A stretch of 64,000 bases of DNA, taken from Candidatus Thermofontivivens primus (lineage in GTDB: Bacteria; Sysuimicrobiota; Sysuimicrobiia; Sysuimicrobiales; Thermofontiviventaceae). The stretch covers positions 32,001-96,000 of the forward strand of contig JAVKJW010000003.1 in NCBI GenBank assembly GCA_031458695.1, given 5' to 3'. Shown here in pieces: positions 28,394 through 38,866 of this stretch; the first letter of the stretch is position 1, and each line of letters begins with the position of its first letter. The notes below the pieces were generated by a model. The model was given only the letters and a program-made list of their open reading frames with translations, searched no databases and had not been told where the DNA came from. The translations under genes were made by a program, and so were the position numbers.

Positions 28394-29081
28394 GATCCAG
28401 GGCATCCATGCGTTCTATGGTCTCAGCCACGTCCTTTTCGACGTCTCGCTACGCGTGGGGGAAGGTGAGGTGGTCTGTCTTTTAGGCCGTAACGGCGCTG
28501 GCAAGACGACCACGCTCCGGAGCATTATGGGCATCGTACCACCCCGGCAAGGGCATGTATGGTTCCGAGGGGAGGAAATCACACACCTGCCGCCGCATCG
28601 AGTCGTCCAAAAGGGGATCTGGTATGTCCCAGATGATCGCAGGATCTTCCCGGATCTCACGGTGCGGGAGAACCTAGAGATTGCCGAACGCCCCGGCCGC
28701 AGGGGGTTGTGGGATCGTGAGCGCGTGTACGAGCTCTTTCCCGTGCTGAAGTCCAAGGAAAGGCAAAAAGGGGGCACCCTGAGCGGGGGCGAGCAGAAGA
28801 TGCTGGCGATCGCCCGGGCGCTTGTGGGTAACCCGGATCTGCTCCTCCTGGATGAACCCCTGGAAGGGTTGGCCCCCCAGTTAATCCGGGCGATCTTGGA
28901 ACAAATCCAAGAGATGAAGCGATTAGGCCTCACAGTCCTTCTCGCGGAGCAGAATGTCCACGCCGCCTTGCAGGTGGCAGACCGCGTCTATGTAATTGAC
29001 GACGGCCGCATCCGCTTCCACGGGACGGTCGAGGAACTGCGCGCACAAGAGGGAATCAGGCGGAAGTACCTCTTGGTCTAG
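28386..29081 (+). CDS. livF: Liv-type ABC ATPase
   Basis: [24 protein letters not shown]. Confidence 0.92.
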   Translation: MLEIQGIHAFYGLSHVLFDVSLRVGEGEVVCLLGRNGAGKTTTLRSIMGIVPPRQGHVWFRGEEITHLPPHRVVQKGIWYVPDDRRIFPDLTVRENLEIAERPGRRGLWDRERVYELFPVLKSKERQKGGTLSGGEQKMLAIARALVGNPDLLLLDEPLEGLAPQLIRAILEQIQEMKRLGLTVLLAEQNVHAALQVADRVYVIDDGRIRFHGTVEELRAQEGIRRKYLLV

Positions 29082-29120
29082 GGAACAGGGGCGGAGCCCA
29101 GTTAGGGCACGATGAACTAC

Positions 29121-29152
29121 CCCCGGCAAAAGTCTTTTGATGGTTGCCGGGG
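29121..29152. repeat. Palindromic element between convergent genes (REP-like; possible terminator)
   Basis: CCCCGGCAA-N14-TTGCCGGGG; related copies at 8358, 24259, 50697 and 50748. Confidence 0.55.
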
Positions 29153-29182
29153 CCCCTCGTGAGGCATTTTAGCCCTTCTGCC

Positions 29183-30541
29183 TCACACTACCTTGCCGGG
29201 ATTCAAGACTCCTGCGGGATCGAACAGGGCCTTCAGCTGACGCATCCATTCCACCGCTGGTCCATGTTCGAGGGGGAGGAACCGTTTCTTCCTGAGACCC
29301 ACCCCGTGCTCCGCCGAGGCCGTTCCTCCGAGGTTCAGCGCTATCTCTACCACCTGCTCTGCGAAGCGCTCTGCCCTGCTGTATTCCCCAGGCGGCACTG
29401 CTACGAGGGTATGGAAGTTCCCGTCCCCTACGTGCCCCACGATAGAACCCTCTAGACTCATCTCCCCGAGGAGATGCTGAGCCTGTGCTACGATCTCTGG
29501 GAGGGAGGAGAGGGGGACAGCAACATCGGTGATCATGAACTGGTGCCCGGCGAAGTGCGAGGTGAGGGCCCAGTAGAGCTTGTGCCGTGCTTCCCACTGC
29601 GTTGCCCGCTCCTGCTCCGTTCGTGCCACGTCCGTCCGGATGGCACCTTCGTCGTGGAAGAGTACCAGCGCTTCCTCCATTTCAGCATTCGCCCCTGCAG
29701 ATGTACTGGCGTGGAACTCCACGAAGAGGACTGGCGCCTCTGGGTAGGAACGTCCAAGGTACCGGTTCACTGCCCGCATGCCCAGCTCGTCAACGAGCTC
29801 CAGCCGCGCGACGGGAAGGCCGCTCGCCATAACCACCGTGGCAGCGCGGACAGTCGCCACGAGGTCCGGGAAGAAGACGCGGAACGTATACACGTGGGCA
29901 GGCAACGGCTGGAGACGGAGGGTGAGGCGGGTGATCACACCCAGAGTGCCCTCGGATCCGATGAACAGGTCTTTCAGGTCATACCCACTGCTGCTCTTCC
30001 GGACCGGACGGCCCACCTCAAGAACTTGGCCATTCGCCAGGACCACCCGGAGGGCGAGGACATTCTGGCGCATCCCTCCATACCGCACAGTCATCGTGCC
30101 AGAGGCGTTGGTTGCAGCCATCCCGCCAAGCGTTGCTTCGGCCCCAGGGTCGATAGGGAAGAAGAGCCCGTGGTTGCGGACCAGATGGTTCAGGCGCACT
30201 TGGGTGAGGCCCGCCTCGGCGACGGCGAGGAAGTCTTCGAGGCGTACATGGAGGAGGCGGTTCATCCGCGAGAGATCCAGGCTGACCGCCGGCCCCTGGG
30301 GGAGCAGCTGTCCCTCCAGGCTCGTCCCAGCGCCAAAGGGGATGACGCCGATACGGTATTCCCCCGCCCACTGTAACACACTCCGGACATCCTCCTCACA
30401 CTCCGCGAAGACGACAGCGAGCGGCGGCTTTGACTCTGGGTAGCTTTCACAATGCCCATGCGTCTCTACATCATACCGGTTCTGCGACACCTTTGGACCA
30501 AGCCACCTGTGGAGCCTAGCAATAGCTTCCTCTAGAGCCAT
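29183..30541 (-). CDS. FAD-linked D-2-hydroxyacid dehydrogenase (GlcD/D-lactate dehydrogenase family)
   Basis: FGAGTSLEG, DPGAEATLGG, GSEGTLG, GHVGDGNFH, AEHGVG, LNPGK. Confidence 0.9.
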   Translation of the reverse strand: MALEEAIARLHRWLGPKVSQNRYDVETHGHCESYPESKPPLAVVFAECEEDVRSVLQWAGEYRIGVIPFGAGTSLEGQLLPQGPAVSLDLSRMNRLLHVRLEDFLAVAEAGLTQVRLNHLVRNHGLFFPIDPGAEATLGGMAATNASGTMTVRYGGMRQNVLALRVVLANGQVLEVGRPVRKSSSGYDLKDLFIGSEGTLGVITRLTLRLQPLPAHVYTFRVFFPDLVATVRAATVVMASGLPVARLELVDELGMRAVNRYLGRSYPEAPVLFVEFHASTSAGANAEMEEALVLFHDEGAIRTDVARTEQERATQWEARHKLYWALTSHFAGHQFMITDVAVPLSSLPEIVAQAQHLLGEMSLEGSIVGHVGDGNFHTLVAVPPGEYSRAERFAEQVVEIALNLGGTASAEHGVGLRKKRFLPLEHGPAVEWMRQLKALFDPAGVLNPGKVV

Positions 30542-30632
30542 AGCTTGGGTGTTTTTCTACGCATGAGAATGGTGTTCCTGCTGGAGGTCTCATCGACGGG
30601 AGCCAGAAGCGCGTTAAGGTTTTCTTTCCACC

Positions 30633-30728
30633 AAAATAGTCCATTTGTACTAGGAAATTAGGATGAGTGGTTGATTGTTCACCCGTAAGGTTCCATGGGA
30701 GAATGGAATCGACCAAACGGTCGGGTGG
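30633..30728 (+). promoter_or_regulatory. 96-bp promoter cassette, copy 1 (upstream of benzoate-CoA ligase)
   Basis: 88/96 identical to 40867-40962. Palindrome TAGTCCATTTGTACTA; TTGTTC-18-GAGAAT with extended TG; operator-like CGACCAAACGGTCG. Confidence 0.8.
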
Positions 30729-30874
30729 ACGGACGGGCCTAACCTCATTTATCTCCGCTCCATGATCCATCGTTACCAACGAACCTAACCTCGTACTCTT
30801 AAGAAGCTGGGTCCGCAGCAAAATCCTGCTAAAGTCCTCCTAGGACTACTTGGCAATGGAGGAGGGCAAGGACA

Positions 30875-32473
30875 ATGAGCGAGGTTCTTCGCCAGGACGT
30901 TGCGCCAAACGTACATATTCCCGAGGTGTTCAATGTGGCAACCATTATGGTGGATCGCCACCTTGCGGAGGGGCGGGGCGGCAAGGTAGCGATTTACTAT
31001 GAAGATCAGGAAATCACATATGCAGACGTACTTGCGTTCGTAAACCGCACAGGAAATGCCCTTCGCGATCTGGGTGTTCAGATCGAAGACCGGGTTCTCC
31101 TCCTGCTGCTTGACTGCCCGGAGTTCGTCTATAGCTTCTTCGGTGCCATCAAGATTGGTGCTGTTCCCATCCCGACCAACACGCTCCTCAAGCCCGCGGA
31201 CTATGAATACATGCTGAACGATTCGCGGGCGGTCGTGGCCATCGTGAGCGAGGCGCTGCTGCCGCAGATCCAGGCCATCCCCCGTGAACGCCTCCGCTAC
31301 CTCCGCCATCTTCTTGTCGTAGGCAACGCCCCTTCCGGTACGCTTTCGTTTACGGACTTGTTGGAACGGGCTTCACCCGAGCTGGAACCCGAGCCCACTC
31401 ACAAGGACGATGCAGCGTTCTGGCTGTACTCGTCTGGGACCACGGGATTCCCAAAGGGGTGCGTCCACCTGCATCATGATATGGTATACTGCGCTGAGTA
31501 CTACGCGAAGGGGATTCTGGGCATCCACGAGTATGACCGGACGTACTCGGTGGCGAAGCTGTTCTTTGCGTACGGGCTTGGAAACGCGCTCTACTTCCCC
31601 TTTTATGTCGGCGCGTCTACCATCCTTTTCCCAGGACCCCCGACGCCTGCGAACGTGTACTGGGTGATCGAGCGCTACCGGCCGACCCTGTTCTTCTCGG
31701 TCCCAACGAACTATGCCATGCTCCTTGCCCAGGAGGGGAATTATGACCTCAGCTCCATCCGCTTAGCTGTCTCGGCCGGGGAGGCACTCCCGCCAGCGAT
31801 CTATCAACGGTTCCTGGAACGCTTTGGGATCCGAATCCTAGATGGCATCGGCTCTACTGAGGTATTGCACATTTTCATCTCCAACAGGCCCGATGATGTG
31901 CGCCCGGGGTCCAGCGGCAAAGTTGTCCCTGGGTACGAGGTGAAGATCGTGGACGAGGAAGGACGGCCTGTTCCCGTAGGTGAGATTGGGGATCTCTGGG
32001 TGAAAGGGGACAGCACCTGTGCCTTCTATTGGAACAAGCACGAGAAGACGAAGGAGACCATCCAGGGGCACTGGATCCGCACGGGAGACAAGTACTGGCA
32101 GGACTCCGATGGGTATTACTGGTACGCGGGGCGGAGCGACGACATGCTCAAAGTGGGTGGAATGTGGGTGAGCCCCGTTGAGGTGGAGAACTGTCTCATG
32201 GAACATGAGAAGGTGCTTGAGGCCGCTGTGATAGGACGGCCTGATCAGGACGGGCTGATCAAGCCCCATGCGTATATTGTCCTTCGTCCAGGCTACGAAC
32301 CCAGCGAGGCGCTTGCGGAGGAGCTGAAGGAGTTCGTCCGAGGTAGGATTGCCGCGTACAAGCGTCCTCGCTGGATCGAGTTTGTGGATCAGCTCCCCAA
32401 GACCGCGACCGGGAAAACGCAGCGGTTCAAATTGAGAGAGTTGGCGTCTAAGAGAAGTGGCGAGAGAACGTAA
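30875..32473 (+). CDS. bclA: Benzoate-CoA ligase family protein
   Basis: FWLYSSGTTGFPKG, SVAKLFFAYGLGN, DGIGSTEVLHIFISN, LPKTATGK. Confidence 0.9.
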   Translation: MSEVLRQDVAPNVHIPEVFNVATIMVDRHLAEGRGGKVAIYYEDQEITYADVLAFVNRTGNALRDLGVQIEDRVLLLLLDCPEFVYSFFGAIKIGAVPIPTNTLLKPADYEYMLNDSRAVVAIVSEALLPQIQAIPRERLRYLRHLLVVGNAPSGTLSFTDLLERASPELEPEPTHKDDAAFWLYSSGTTGFPKGCVHLHHDMVYCAEYYAKGILGIHEYDRTYSVAKLFFAYGLGNALYFPFYVGASTILFPGPPTPANVYWVIERYRPTLFFSVPTNYAMLLAQEGNYDLSSIRLAVSAGEALPPAIYQRFLERFGIRILDGIGSTEVLHIFISNRPDDVRPGSSGKVVPGYEVKIVDEEGRPVPVGEIGDLWVKGDSTCAFYWNKHEKTKETIQGHWIRTGDKYWQDSDGYYWYAGRSDDMLKVGGMWVSPVEVENCLMEHEKVLEAAVIGRPDQDGLIKPHAYIVLRPGYEPSEALAEELKEFVRGRIAAYKRPRWIEFVDQLPKTATGKTQRFKLRELASKRSGERT

Positions 32474-32534
32474 GAGGCGCGCATTTAGACCTTGGTGGAG
32501 AGGCCTGCGATTCGAGTATGAAAGGGGGCGGGGG

Positions 32535-33734
32535 ATGTTGCGCGGTCAGGCAATCCGGGTTTTGGCCATCGGGCTGTTCTTGACGGTGGTTCCGATGGGT
32601 ACGGTGGGGAGCCAAGAGAGGCCCATGAAGATTGCCTTCCTGAGTTCCCTAAGCGGGCCCTTCGCGTTCTGGGGAGTAAACGCCCGGGACGGCATGAAAA
32701 TGGCCATTGCAGAGGTGAATGAAGCAGGGGGCGTCCTTGGCCGTCCCGTGGAGCTGGTGGAGCGGGACGACCGCAACAACCCTGCGGAAGCCATCACCTC
32801 CTTCCGATCCCTAGTGGAGCGGGAAGGGATCCTAGCTGCAGGAGGGGTGATCTCGAGCGATGTTGCCCTGGCTGTATCTAGGGAGGCAGAGAGCCTGCGG
32901 GTTCCCCTGTTCCTCACTATGGCGGGTTCTCATGCCATCCTGCGGAAGAGCAGCCGGTACACCTTCCGCACCTGCCTCGTGGCCGCGCCAATGTACGTTC
33001 AGGCCATCGCAGCCATCATCCAATATGCAAAGCACGCGCGGGTGGGGGCCATCATTGCCGACTACGCATGGGGACATGCCATCCGGGAATCCCTGGAACG
33101 CTACGTGGCAACTCTTCCAGGAGTGCGGCTTCAGGTAGAGGTAGCGCCTGTGACTGCCGCGGACTTCACGCCTTACCTCCGCCGCCTTCAGGGTTTCGAC
33201 CCGCAGATCCTAGTGATTGCAGGGCATCCCCCCGGGAACCCTATCATCGTCCGGCAAGCGGCGGAGCTAGGCATGCGTCAGCAGCTCGTGGGCTCCGTGC
33301 TCCCGCCCGAGCTCATGGTCCAGAGGGGTGGGGATGCGGTCTTCGGCCGGTTCATAGACTACTCGTGCGTGGACTTTACGCACCCCGTGTACCGGAAGCT
33401 AGCAGCGAAGTACTACATGATGTACAAACGGTACTTCGACAACAGCGCGTTCTCCGGCTATGTGATAGTACGCATGGTGGCGGACGCCGCTAAGCGAGCT
33501 AACAGTACGGATCCCCGCGCCATCGCGGAGAGGATCCGAAAAGGGCGCTTCGTGCAGCCCGGGTACGGATGGCCCCTCTCATTTACAGAATGGGGGGAGA
33601 TGAAGGAGGCGCGGATCATCTTCTTCACCATCGAGCGCGGGGAAGCGCCTGCGGGGATTTGCCCAGGATGCGGTTGGTTCCAGAAGTACCAGTTCCGGTC
33701 GACCCCGGTGGAACCCTATGTCCCCCCAGAGTGA
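32535..33734 (+). CDS. Liv-type ABC substrate-binding protein
   Basis: Signal peptide, SLSGPFA, GGVLGRPVELVERDD, DYAWG. Confidence 0.88.
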   Translation: MLRGQAIRVLAIGLFLTVVPMGTVGSQERPMKIAFLSSLSGPFAFWGVNARDGMKMAIAEVNEAGGVLGRPVELVERDDRNNPAEAITSFRSLVEREGILAAGGVISSDVALAVSREAESLRVPLFLTMAGSHAILRKSSRYTFRTCLVAAPMYVQAIAAIIQYAKHARVGAIIADYAWGHAIRESLERYVATLPGVRLQVEVAPVTAADFTPYLRRLQGFDPQILVIAGHPPGNPIIVRQAAELGMRQQLVGSVLPPELMVQRGGDAVFGRFIDYSCVDFTHPVYRKLAAKYYMMYKRYFDNSAFSGYVIVRMVADAAKRANSTDPRAIAERIRKGRFVQPGYGWPLSFTEWGEMKEARIIFFTIERGEAPAGICPGCGWFQKYQFRSTPVEPYVPPE

Positions 33735-34506
33735 GGAAATTCTGTTACGCTGCTGTGAGGTTACCAAGCGCTTCGGCGGCTTGGTGGTCCTGTGGGAGGT
33801 AAACCTGGAGGTGAGGCGGGGGAGCCTCATCGGGCTTATCGGCCCGAACGGGGCGGGGAAGACGACTCTCCTTAACGTGATAAGCGGGTTGCTGCAGCCA
33901 GATTCTGGTCGTGTCGAGTTCTTAGGACGACTGATCAACGGACTTCCCGCGCACGCGGTAGTCCGCCTCGGGATAGGCAGGGTTCTCCAGATCCCTCGTC
34001 TCTTTCCTCATCTCACAGTGGAAGAGAACGTCCTTGTTGGCGTACTCTTCGGGAGACGAAAGCCTCCCGCGCGTGAGGAGGCGCAGGAGGAGGCAAGGAA
34101 ATTCCTGACCTTGGTTGGGCTGGAGGGCAAGCACCGCGAGCGGGTAGGTAAGCTCAACACCCAGGAGAAACGGCTGGTAGACTTAGCCAGGGCACTAGCT
34201 ACAGAACCGCGGATGTTGCTTGTGGATGAGCTTATGAGTGGTCTCAGCCTCGTCGAGATGGAGCGGTACACGACATTGTTGCGACGCATCCGGGAGCAAC
34301 TCGGTGTTGCCATCCTCTGGGTGGAGCATGTAATGGAGGCGATCCTGGGAACGGTGGACGAAGTGGTGGTGTTGGACCACGGGGCAGTAATTGCCCAGGG
34401 CTCGCCTGCTGAGATCGCCCAGGATCCTCTGGTAATCGAGGCATACCTGGGAACTGGCGCAAGAGAAGTGTTGGGGGCGCACATGGGCTATGCTGGAAGT
34501 TCGTGA
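33718..34506 (+). CDS. livG: Liv-type ABC ATPase
   Basis: [27 protein letters not shown]. Confidence 0.9.
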   Translation: MSPQSEEILLRCCEVTKRFGGLVVLWEVNLEVRRGSLIGLIGPNGAGKTTLLNVISGLLQPDSGRVEFLGRLINGLPAHAVVRLGIGRVLQIPRLFPHLTVEENVLVGVLFGRRKPPAREEAQEEARKFLTLVGLEGKHRERVGKLNTQEKRLVDLARALATEPRMLLVDELMSGLSLVEMERYTTLLRRIREQLGVAILWVEHVMEAILGTVDEVVVLDHGAVIAQGSPAEIAQDPLVIEAYLGTGAREVLGAHMGYAGSS

Positions 34507-35206
34507 GCTATGGGTAGGATACAACGATGTATCCGTGATCCGTGGTGTAACCCTGGAGGTCCCTGCAGGGGAGGCGACTGCGGTGCTAGGACCCAACGGC
34601 TCCGGCAAGACCACTTTGTTCCGGGCGCTGGTAGGACTGCTTCGGCCCCGCAGTGGATCTATTCTTTTTGAAGGCGTCCCGCTCAATGGCTTGCGGCCTC
34701 CCCAGGTTGTCCAGCGGGGTATTGTCTACGTAGCTGCGGAGCGGGAACTATTCCCTCAGCTTACTGTCTTGGAGAACCTGGAACTGGGGGCTTACTGCTG
34801 CCCACGGGCCTTCCAGTCTCGTCTAGAACTTGTCTTTGAGCTCTTCCCTCGGCTTGCAGAGCGTCGCAGTCAGCGGGCAGGGACTCTGAGCGGAGGCGAG
34901 CAGCAGATGCTTGCGATCGCCAGGGCCCTCATGGCGCAGCCCAAGCTTCTCCTTCTCGATGAACCCTCCACAGGTCTTGCGCCGCTGCTCGTGGCGGAGC
35001 TCTATCGGCGTCTGGAGGCGTTGCGACGAGAAGGGGTGACCATCCTTTTGGCGGAGCAGCAAGTGGGCGCAGCACTATCCCTGTGCGCACGGGTCTACGT
35101 GCTCAAGGAGGGGCGTGTAGCGTTTTGTGGCGGGGCCTCCTCTCTGCGCGGAAGCTCCGAGCTGAGGAAGGCGTACTTGGGCGGGATCGGAGGGGTAGGC
35201 GGATGA
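34490..35206 (+). CDS. livF: Liv-type ABC ATPase
   Basis: [24 protein letters not shown]. Confidence 0.9.
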   Translation: MLEVRELWVGYNDVSVIRGVTLEVPAGEATAVLGPNGSGKTTLFRALVGLLRPRSGSILFEGVPLNGLRPPQVVQRGIVYVAAERELFPQLTVLENLELGAYCCPRAFQSRLELVFELFPRLAERRSQRAGTLSGGEQQMLAIARALMAQPKLLLLDEPSTGLAPLLVAELYRRLEALRREGVTILLAEQQVGAALSLCARVYVLKEGRVAFCGGASSLRGSSELRKAYLGGIGGVGG

Positions 35207-36057
35207 GTATCGTGATAGATGGCCTGGTGCTGGGTTTGCAGCTGGCACTGTTAAGCGTGGGCATGGTCTTCGTGTACGGCTTAGGCGGTATTCTGAACTT
35301 GGCCCACGGTGAGGTGGCGGTTGCTGGCGGACTTATTGCCGCGCTCCTCCTCCAGGGTGGGAGACCTCCGGTAGTCGCATGTAGCGCAGGGGTGATCGCA
35401 TCGGGCGTCCTGGCGTGGTTCATCGACCGTACCCTCCTGCGGCCTGCATACTCCCGCCATGGTGAGGAGCGGCTGATCCTTGCCCTTATCTTGACCTTGG
35501 GGACATCTTTTGCGCTGGACGGGTTCTTTACGTACCGCTATCCTAACGTCGCCCTCACCCTGCGACTACCGACTACCTCAGTGGACCTGTTCGGTATCAC
35601 GGTGCGCACTGCGAGCCTCGCAGTCGGCGGTCTCGCGCTAACCACCTTCGGGGTCCTTCTGGGATTCTTGAAGAGCACGATGCTGGGGAAGGCGATCCGG
35701 TGCATCATCCAGAACGAGGCAGGAGCTTTACTTTGCGGGGTAGACGTGGATCGGGTCCGAACCTTCACCCTTTTCCTGAGCGGGCTATTGGCTGGGCTGG
35801 CCGCCATTGCCCAGGGCTTTTTCTCCTACCTGGGCCCCGACATGGGGGCTGAATTCACGATTCTGGCTCTCATCGTCGCCGTGGTAGGCGGGGTGCGAAG
35901 CCTGACGGGTACGTTCCTCGCGAGCCTTCTGCTGGGGTTGGTGAATACTACAATGAGCTACTGGGTGGGTACCTATCTTACCTGGATCGCGCTCCTCGCC
36001 GTGACGGTGACGACGCTCCTGGTACGGCCCCAGGGCTTGCTGGCATACTGGCCATGA
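35203..36057 (+). CDS. livH: Liv-type ABC permease
   Basis: ILNLAHGE, multi-TM, RPQGL. Confidence 0.88.
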   Translation: MSIVIDGLVLGLQLALLSVGMVFVYGLGGILNLAHGEVAVAGGLIAALLLQGGRPPVVACSAGVIASGVLAWFIDRTLLRPAYSRHGEERLILALILTLGTSFALDGFFTYRYPNVALTLRLPTTSVDLFGITVRTASLAVGGLALTTFGVLLGFLKSTMLGKAIRCIIQNEAGALLCGVDVDRVRTFTLFLSGLLAGLAAIAQGFFSYLGPDMGAEFTILALIVAVVGGVRSLTGTFLASLLLGLVNTTMSYWVGTYLTWIALLAVTVTTLLVRPQGLLAYWP

Positions 36058-37103
36058 ATGCTCGCCCAGTGCTCTCCCACATGTTGCCGGTTCTCGGGAC
36101 AGGGATCGCCCTCGCGGCGGTTCCCCTGTTTGTGAGGGGAAGCGGGTATGTGTTGCGCATCGCAACGTTCCTGCTTATGCTTGCAACCTACGCAGTAGGG
36201 TTCAATTTGCTTTTCGGGCACACGCGCCAGCTCTTCCTGTGCATAGGTGTCCTCGCGGGCACAGGCGCATACGGGTCTGTGCTGCTCGTGCGCAACGCCG
36301 GGCTCAACCCAGTCGCCGCTATAGCCGTGGCGGTGGCGATCGCTACAGGGTTGGGGGCGTTTCTGAGCTACGTAGGGGTGCGCCGGGGATTTGGCGTCCT
36401 GTTCGTGGGTATCGTGACTCTGGCCGTTTCCCTCATCTTCCAGAACCTAGTCCTAGGTCTGCGGAAGTACACCAACGGTGAGACCGGGATCGTTACCCAG
36501 GGGCTCGGCGTGGGTCTCGCAGAGAATCCCGTCCAGGCTTACTATATCCTGCTGGCGGTGCTCGTTGCGGCCCTGGCTGTGTACCAGGAGATTATGGGGT
36601 CTCGGCACGGACTGGCTCTTCACGCGCTCAGCGACGATGAAGTCAGCGCGGAGCTCTCGGGAATCGATGTGGCGCGATACAAAGTGGGGGTTGCGGCCTT
36701 AGCGGCGGGATTCATCAGCCTGGTGGGAGCCTTGTTCGCAGATTGGAACGGATTCATCAGCCCTTCTCTGTTCTCCGTGGGGCACGTGGACATCCCCGTG
36801 TTGATCGTCTTGCTGCTGGGTGGGATGCGGACTCTTCTGGGACCTGTGGTGGGGGCTATTGTATTCACAATCGTAGACGCAATCGTGCGACCGTTTGGGC
36901 AACTCACAGTGCTGGCCTACGGTGTGCTTCTTGTCGCGCTCTTCCTTGTCTTCCGAGAGGGGACGGTTACTCTTCTGCAGCGGGGATGGGAGATGGTGCA
37001 GTCGAGTACCCAGCGTGGACAAGTAGGCAGGGGCGTAGCCGCCGATGAAGATGGAGACCCACTCAGCCAGCGAACGAACTCAAGAGCTAAGTCACCATAT
37101 TAG
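36054..37103 (+). CDS. livM: Liv-type ABC permease
   Basis: FNLLFGH, TNGETG, LLGGMRTLLGP. Confidence 0.88.
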   Translation: MNARPVLSHMLPVLGTGIALAAVPLFVRGSGYVLRIATFLLMLATYAVGFNLLFGHTRQLFLCIGVLAGTGAYGSVLLVRNAGLNPVAAIAVAVAIATGLGAFLSYVGVRRGFGVLFVGIVTLAVSLIFQNLVLGLRKYTNGETGIVTQGLGVGLAENPVQAYYILLAVLVAALAVYQEIMGSRHGLALHALSDDEVSAELSGIDVARYKVGVAALAAGFISLVGALFADWNGFISPSLFSVGHVDIPVLIVLLLGGMRTLLGPVVGAIVFTIVDAIVRPFGQLTVLAYGVLLVALFLVFREGTVTLLQRGWEMVQSSTQRGQVGRGVAADEDGDPLSQRTNSRAKSPY

Positions 37104-37242
37104 ATTCCTGAAGCGGATTTTGGTAGGGACCCCTAACGAATGCGAAGAAAGACCCAAAGATGCGCATGAGCATCGTTCTTGTCCACCTGCATAAGCAACA
37201 AGCCGACTAGGAGAAGGCACCAATGGCTGGCGGAGGGGGGAG

Positions 37243-38820
37243 ATGTTCCGCAACCCTTTTGTGCAATCTTTTCAAGTTCCCGTAGTGCCGGTCTTCCAGC
37301 TCGTAGAGCGGTGGGCTAGAATCCAGCCTGAACGCCCAGCGCTGATATGGGGCCCCACGGGCAGGGAGGTCACCTACCGCGATCTGTGGAGGACATCGGG
37401 GAGGGTTGCCCGGGCGCTCCAGGAGCTGGGAATTAAGAAAGGGGAGCGGGTCGTGCTCCTGTCCCCCAATTGCCCCCACTACCCATCAGCTTTTTACGGC
37501 GTGCTGCGGGCAGGGGGTATTGTGGTACCCTTGAACCCTCTGCTTAAGGCCACGGAGGTGATCCGGGCCATCGAGAACACGCAAGCTGCTGCGGTGGTCG
37601 CCTCTCCTCAGAGGCGCGCGCAGCTTCGGGAGCTGGTGGCTGGGCTTCCCTTTGTTCGACATGTGCTGGAAATGGAAGAGGTTTCGAACCTGACTCCACC
37701 ATCCCTAGAGCCGGAGCCAGTTTGCATCGATCCAGATCGCGACCTAGCATGCATCCTATACTCTAGTGGCACCACAGGATGGCCAAAGGGCATCATGCTC
37801 ACCCATCGCAACGTGGTGGCAGACCTTCTGGCCAGCAATGCAATGGGTTTTATCACCGATCAATCAGTTTACGTGCATTACCTCCCTTTCTCCCATTGCG
37901 CAGGGCTCCTTACGTTCCTAAACGCAGGCATCTGCCTAGGTGCACGGCAGATCCTGACTCCGCATTTCGACCCGGGGGAGGTTCTGCGTCTTGTTGAAGA
38001 TCACCAGGCGCGCGAGCTGTTCGGGGTCCCCCCGGCCCTGAAGGATCTGGTGGAGGCTGCTGAGGCGCAGGGCTTCCACTACCGTGGCCTCCGGTTTGTG
38101 AACACTGCGGCGCTCCCTCTCGATGTGGAGTTGAGCCGGCGTGCGGAGCGCGTCTTTGGATGTCCTGTTACCGAGCACATCGGGATGACCGAGTGCGCAG
38201 GGCCCATGAACATCATGATCCCGCCTTTCCCGTTGAAGCCGAGATCTGTCGGACCACCCATCCCGAACCTGGAGGAGCGCGTGGTGGATCCTGAGACAGG
38301 AGAGGATCTAGGCCCCGGCCAAGTAGGGGAGCTCCTCTTGCGGGGCGACATGGTAACCGCGGGCTACTGGCAGGATACGGAAACGAACCAGGAAGCCTTC
38401 CGAGAAGGGTGGTTCCGCACAGGCGACCTTGTGCGCTTTGACCACGAGGGGTACATGTGGTGGGTGGATCGGTGCAAGGAGATAATCAAGTACAAGGGCT
38501 ATTCCATTCCTCCTGCGGAGCTGGAGGAGGTTTTGCGCGAACATCCTGCGGTCCGGGAGGCGTGTGTGATCCCCAAGGAACACCCCGAGTTCGGTCAGGT
38601 GCCCAAGGCCTTCGTGGTGCGGCGAGCCCCTGTTACTGCGGAGGAGCTCATGCGCTTTGTGGAAGAGCGTATAGCACCGTACAAGAAGGTCCGCGAGGTA
38701 GAGTTTGTGGAGGAGTTGCCTAAATCTGCTGTGGGCAAGATTCTGCGTCGGGTGCTAGTAGAGCGGGAGAAAGGCAGGGAGCATGCAAGGGAGAGGTTCC
38801 GCAGTGCCCTAGGATCCTGA
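37243..38820 (+). CDS. AMP-forming acyl/aryl-CoA ligase (4-coumarate-CoA/fatty-acyl-CoA ligase-like)
   Basis: YSSGTTGWPKG, GMTE, TGD, DRCKEIIKYKG, PKSAVGKILRR. Confidence 0.9.
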   Translation: MFRNPFVQSFQVPVVPVFQLVERWARIQPERPALIWGPTGREVTYRDLWRTSGRVARALQELGIKKGERVVLLSPNCPHYPSAFYGVLRAGGIVVPLNPLLKATEVIRAIENTQAAAVVASPQRRAQLRELVAGLPFVRHVLEMEEVSNLTPPSLEPEPVCIDPDRDLACILYSSGTTGWPKGIMLTHRNVVADLLASNAMGFITDQSVYVHYLPFSHCAGLLTFLNAGICLGARQILTPHFDPGEVLRLVEDHQARELFGVPPALKDLVEAAEAQGFHYRGLRFVNTAALPLDVELSRRAERVFGCPVTEHIGMTECAGPMNIMIPPFPLKPRSVGPPIPNLEERVVDPETGEDLGPGQVGELLLRGDMVTAGYWQDTETNQEAFREGWFRTGDLVRFDHEGYMWWVDRCKEIIKYKGYSIPPAELEEVLREHPAVREACVIPKEHPEFGQVPKAFVVRRAPVTAEELMRFVEERIAPYKKVREVEFVEELPKSAVGKILRRVLVEREKGREHARERFRSALGS

Positions 38821-38866
38821 GCATCTCCGCGGGCAATGCTAAGAGTGACCTTCAGGGAGGTTTTCT

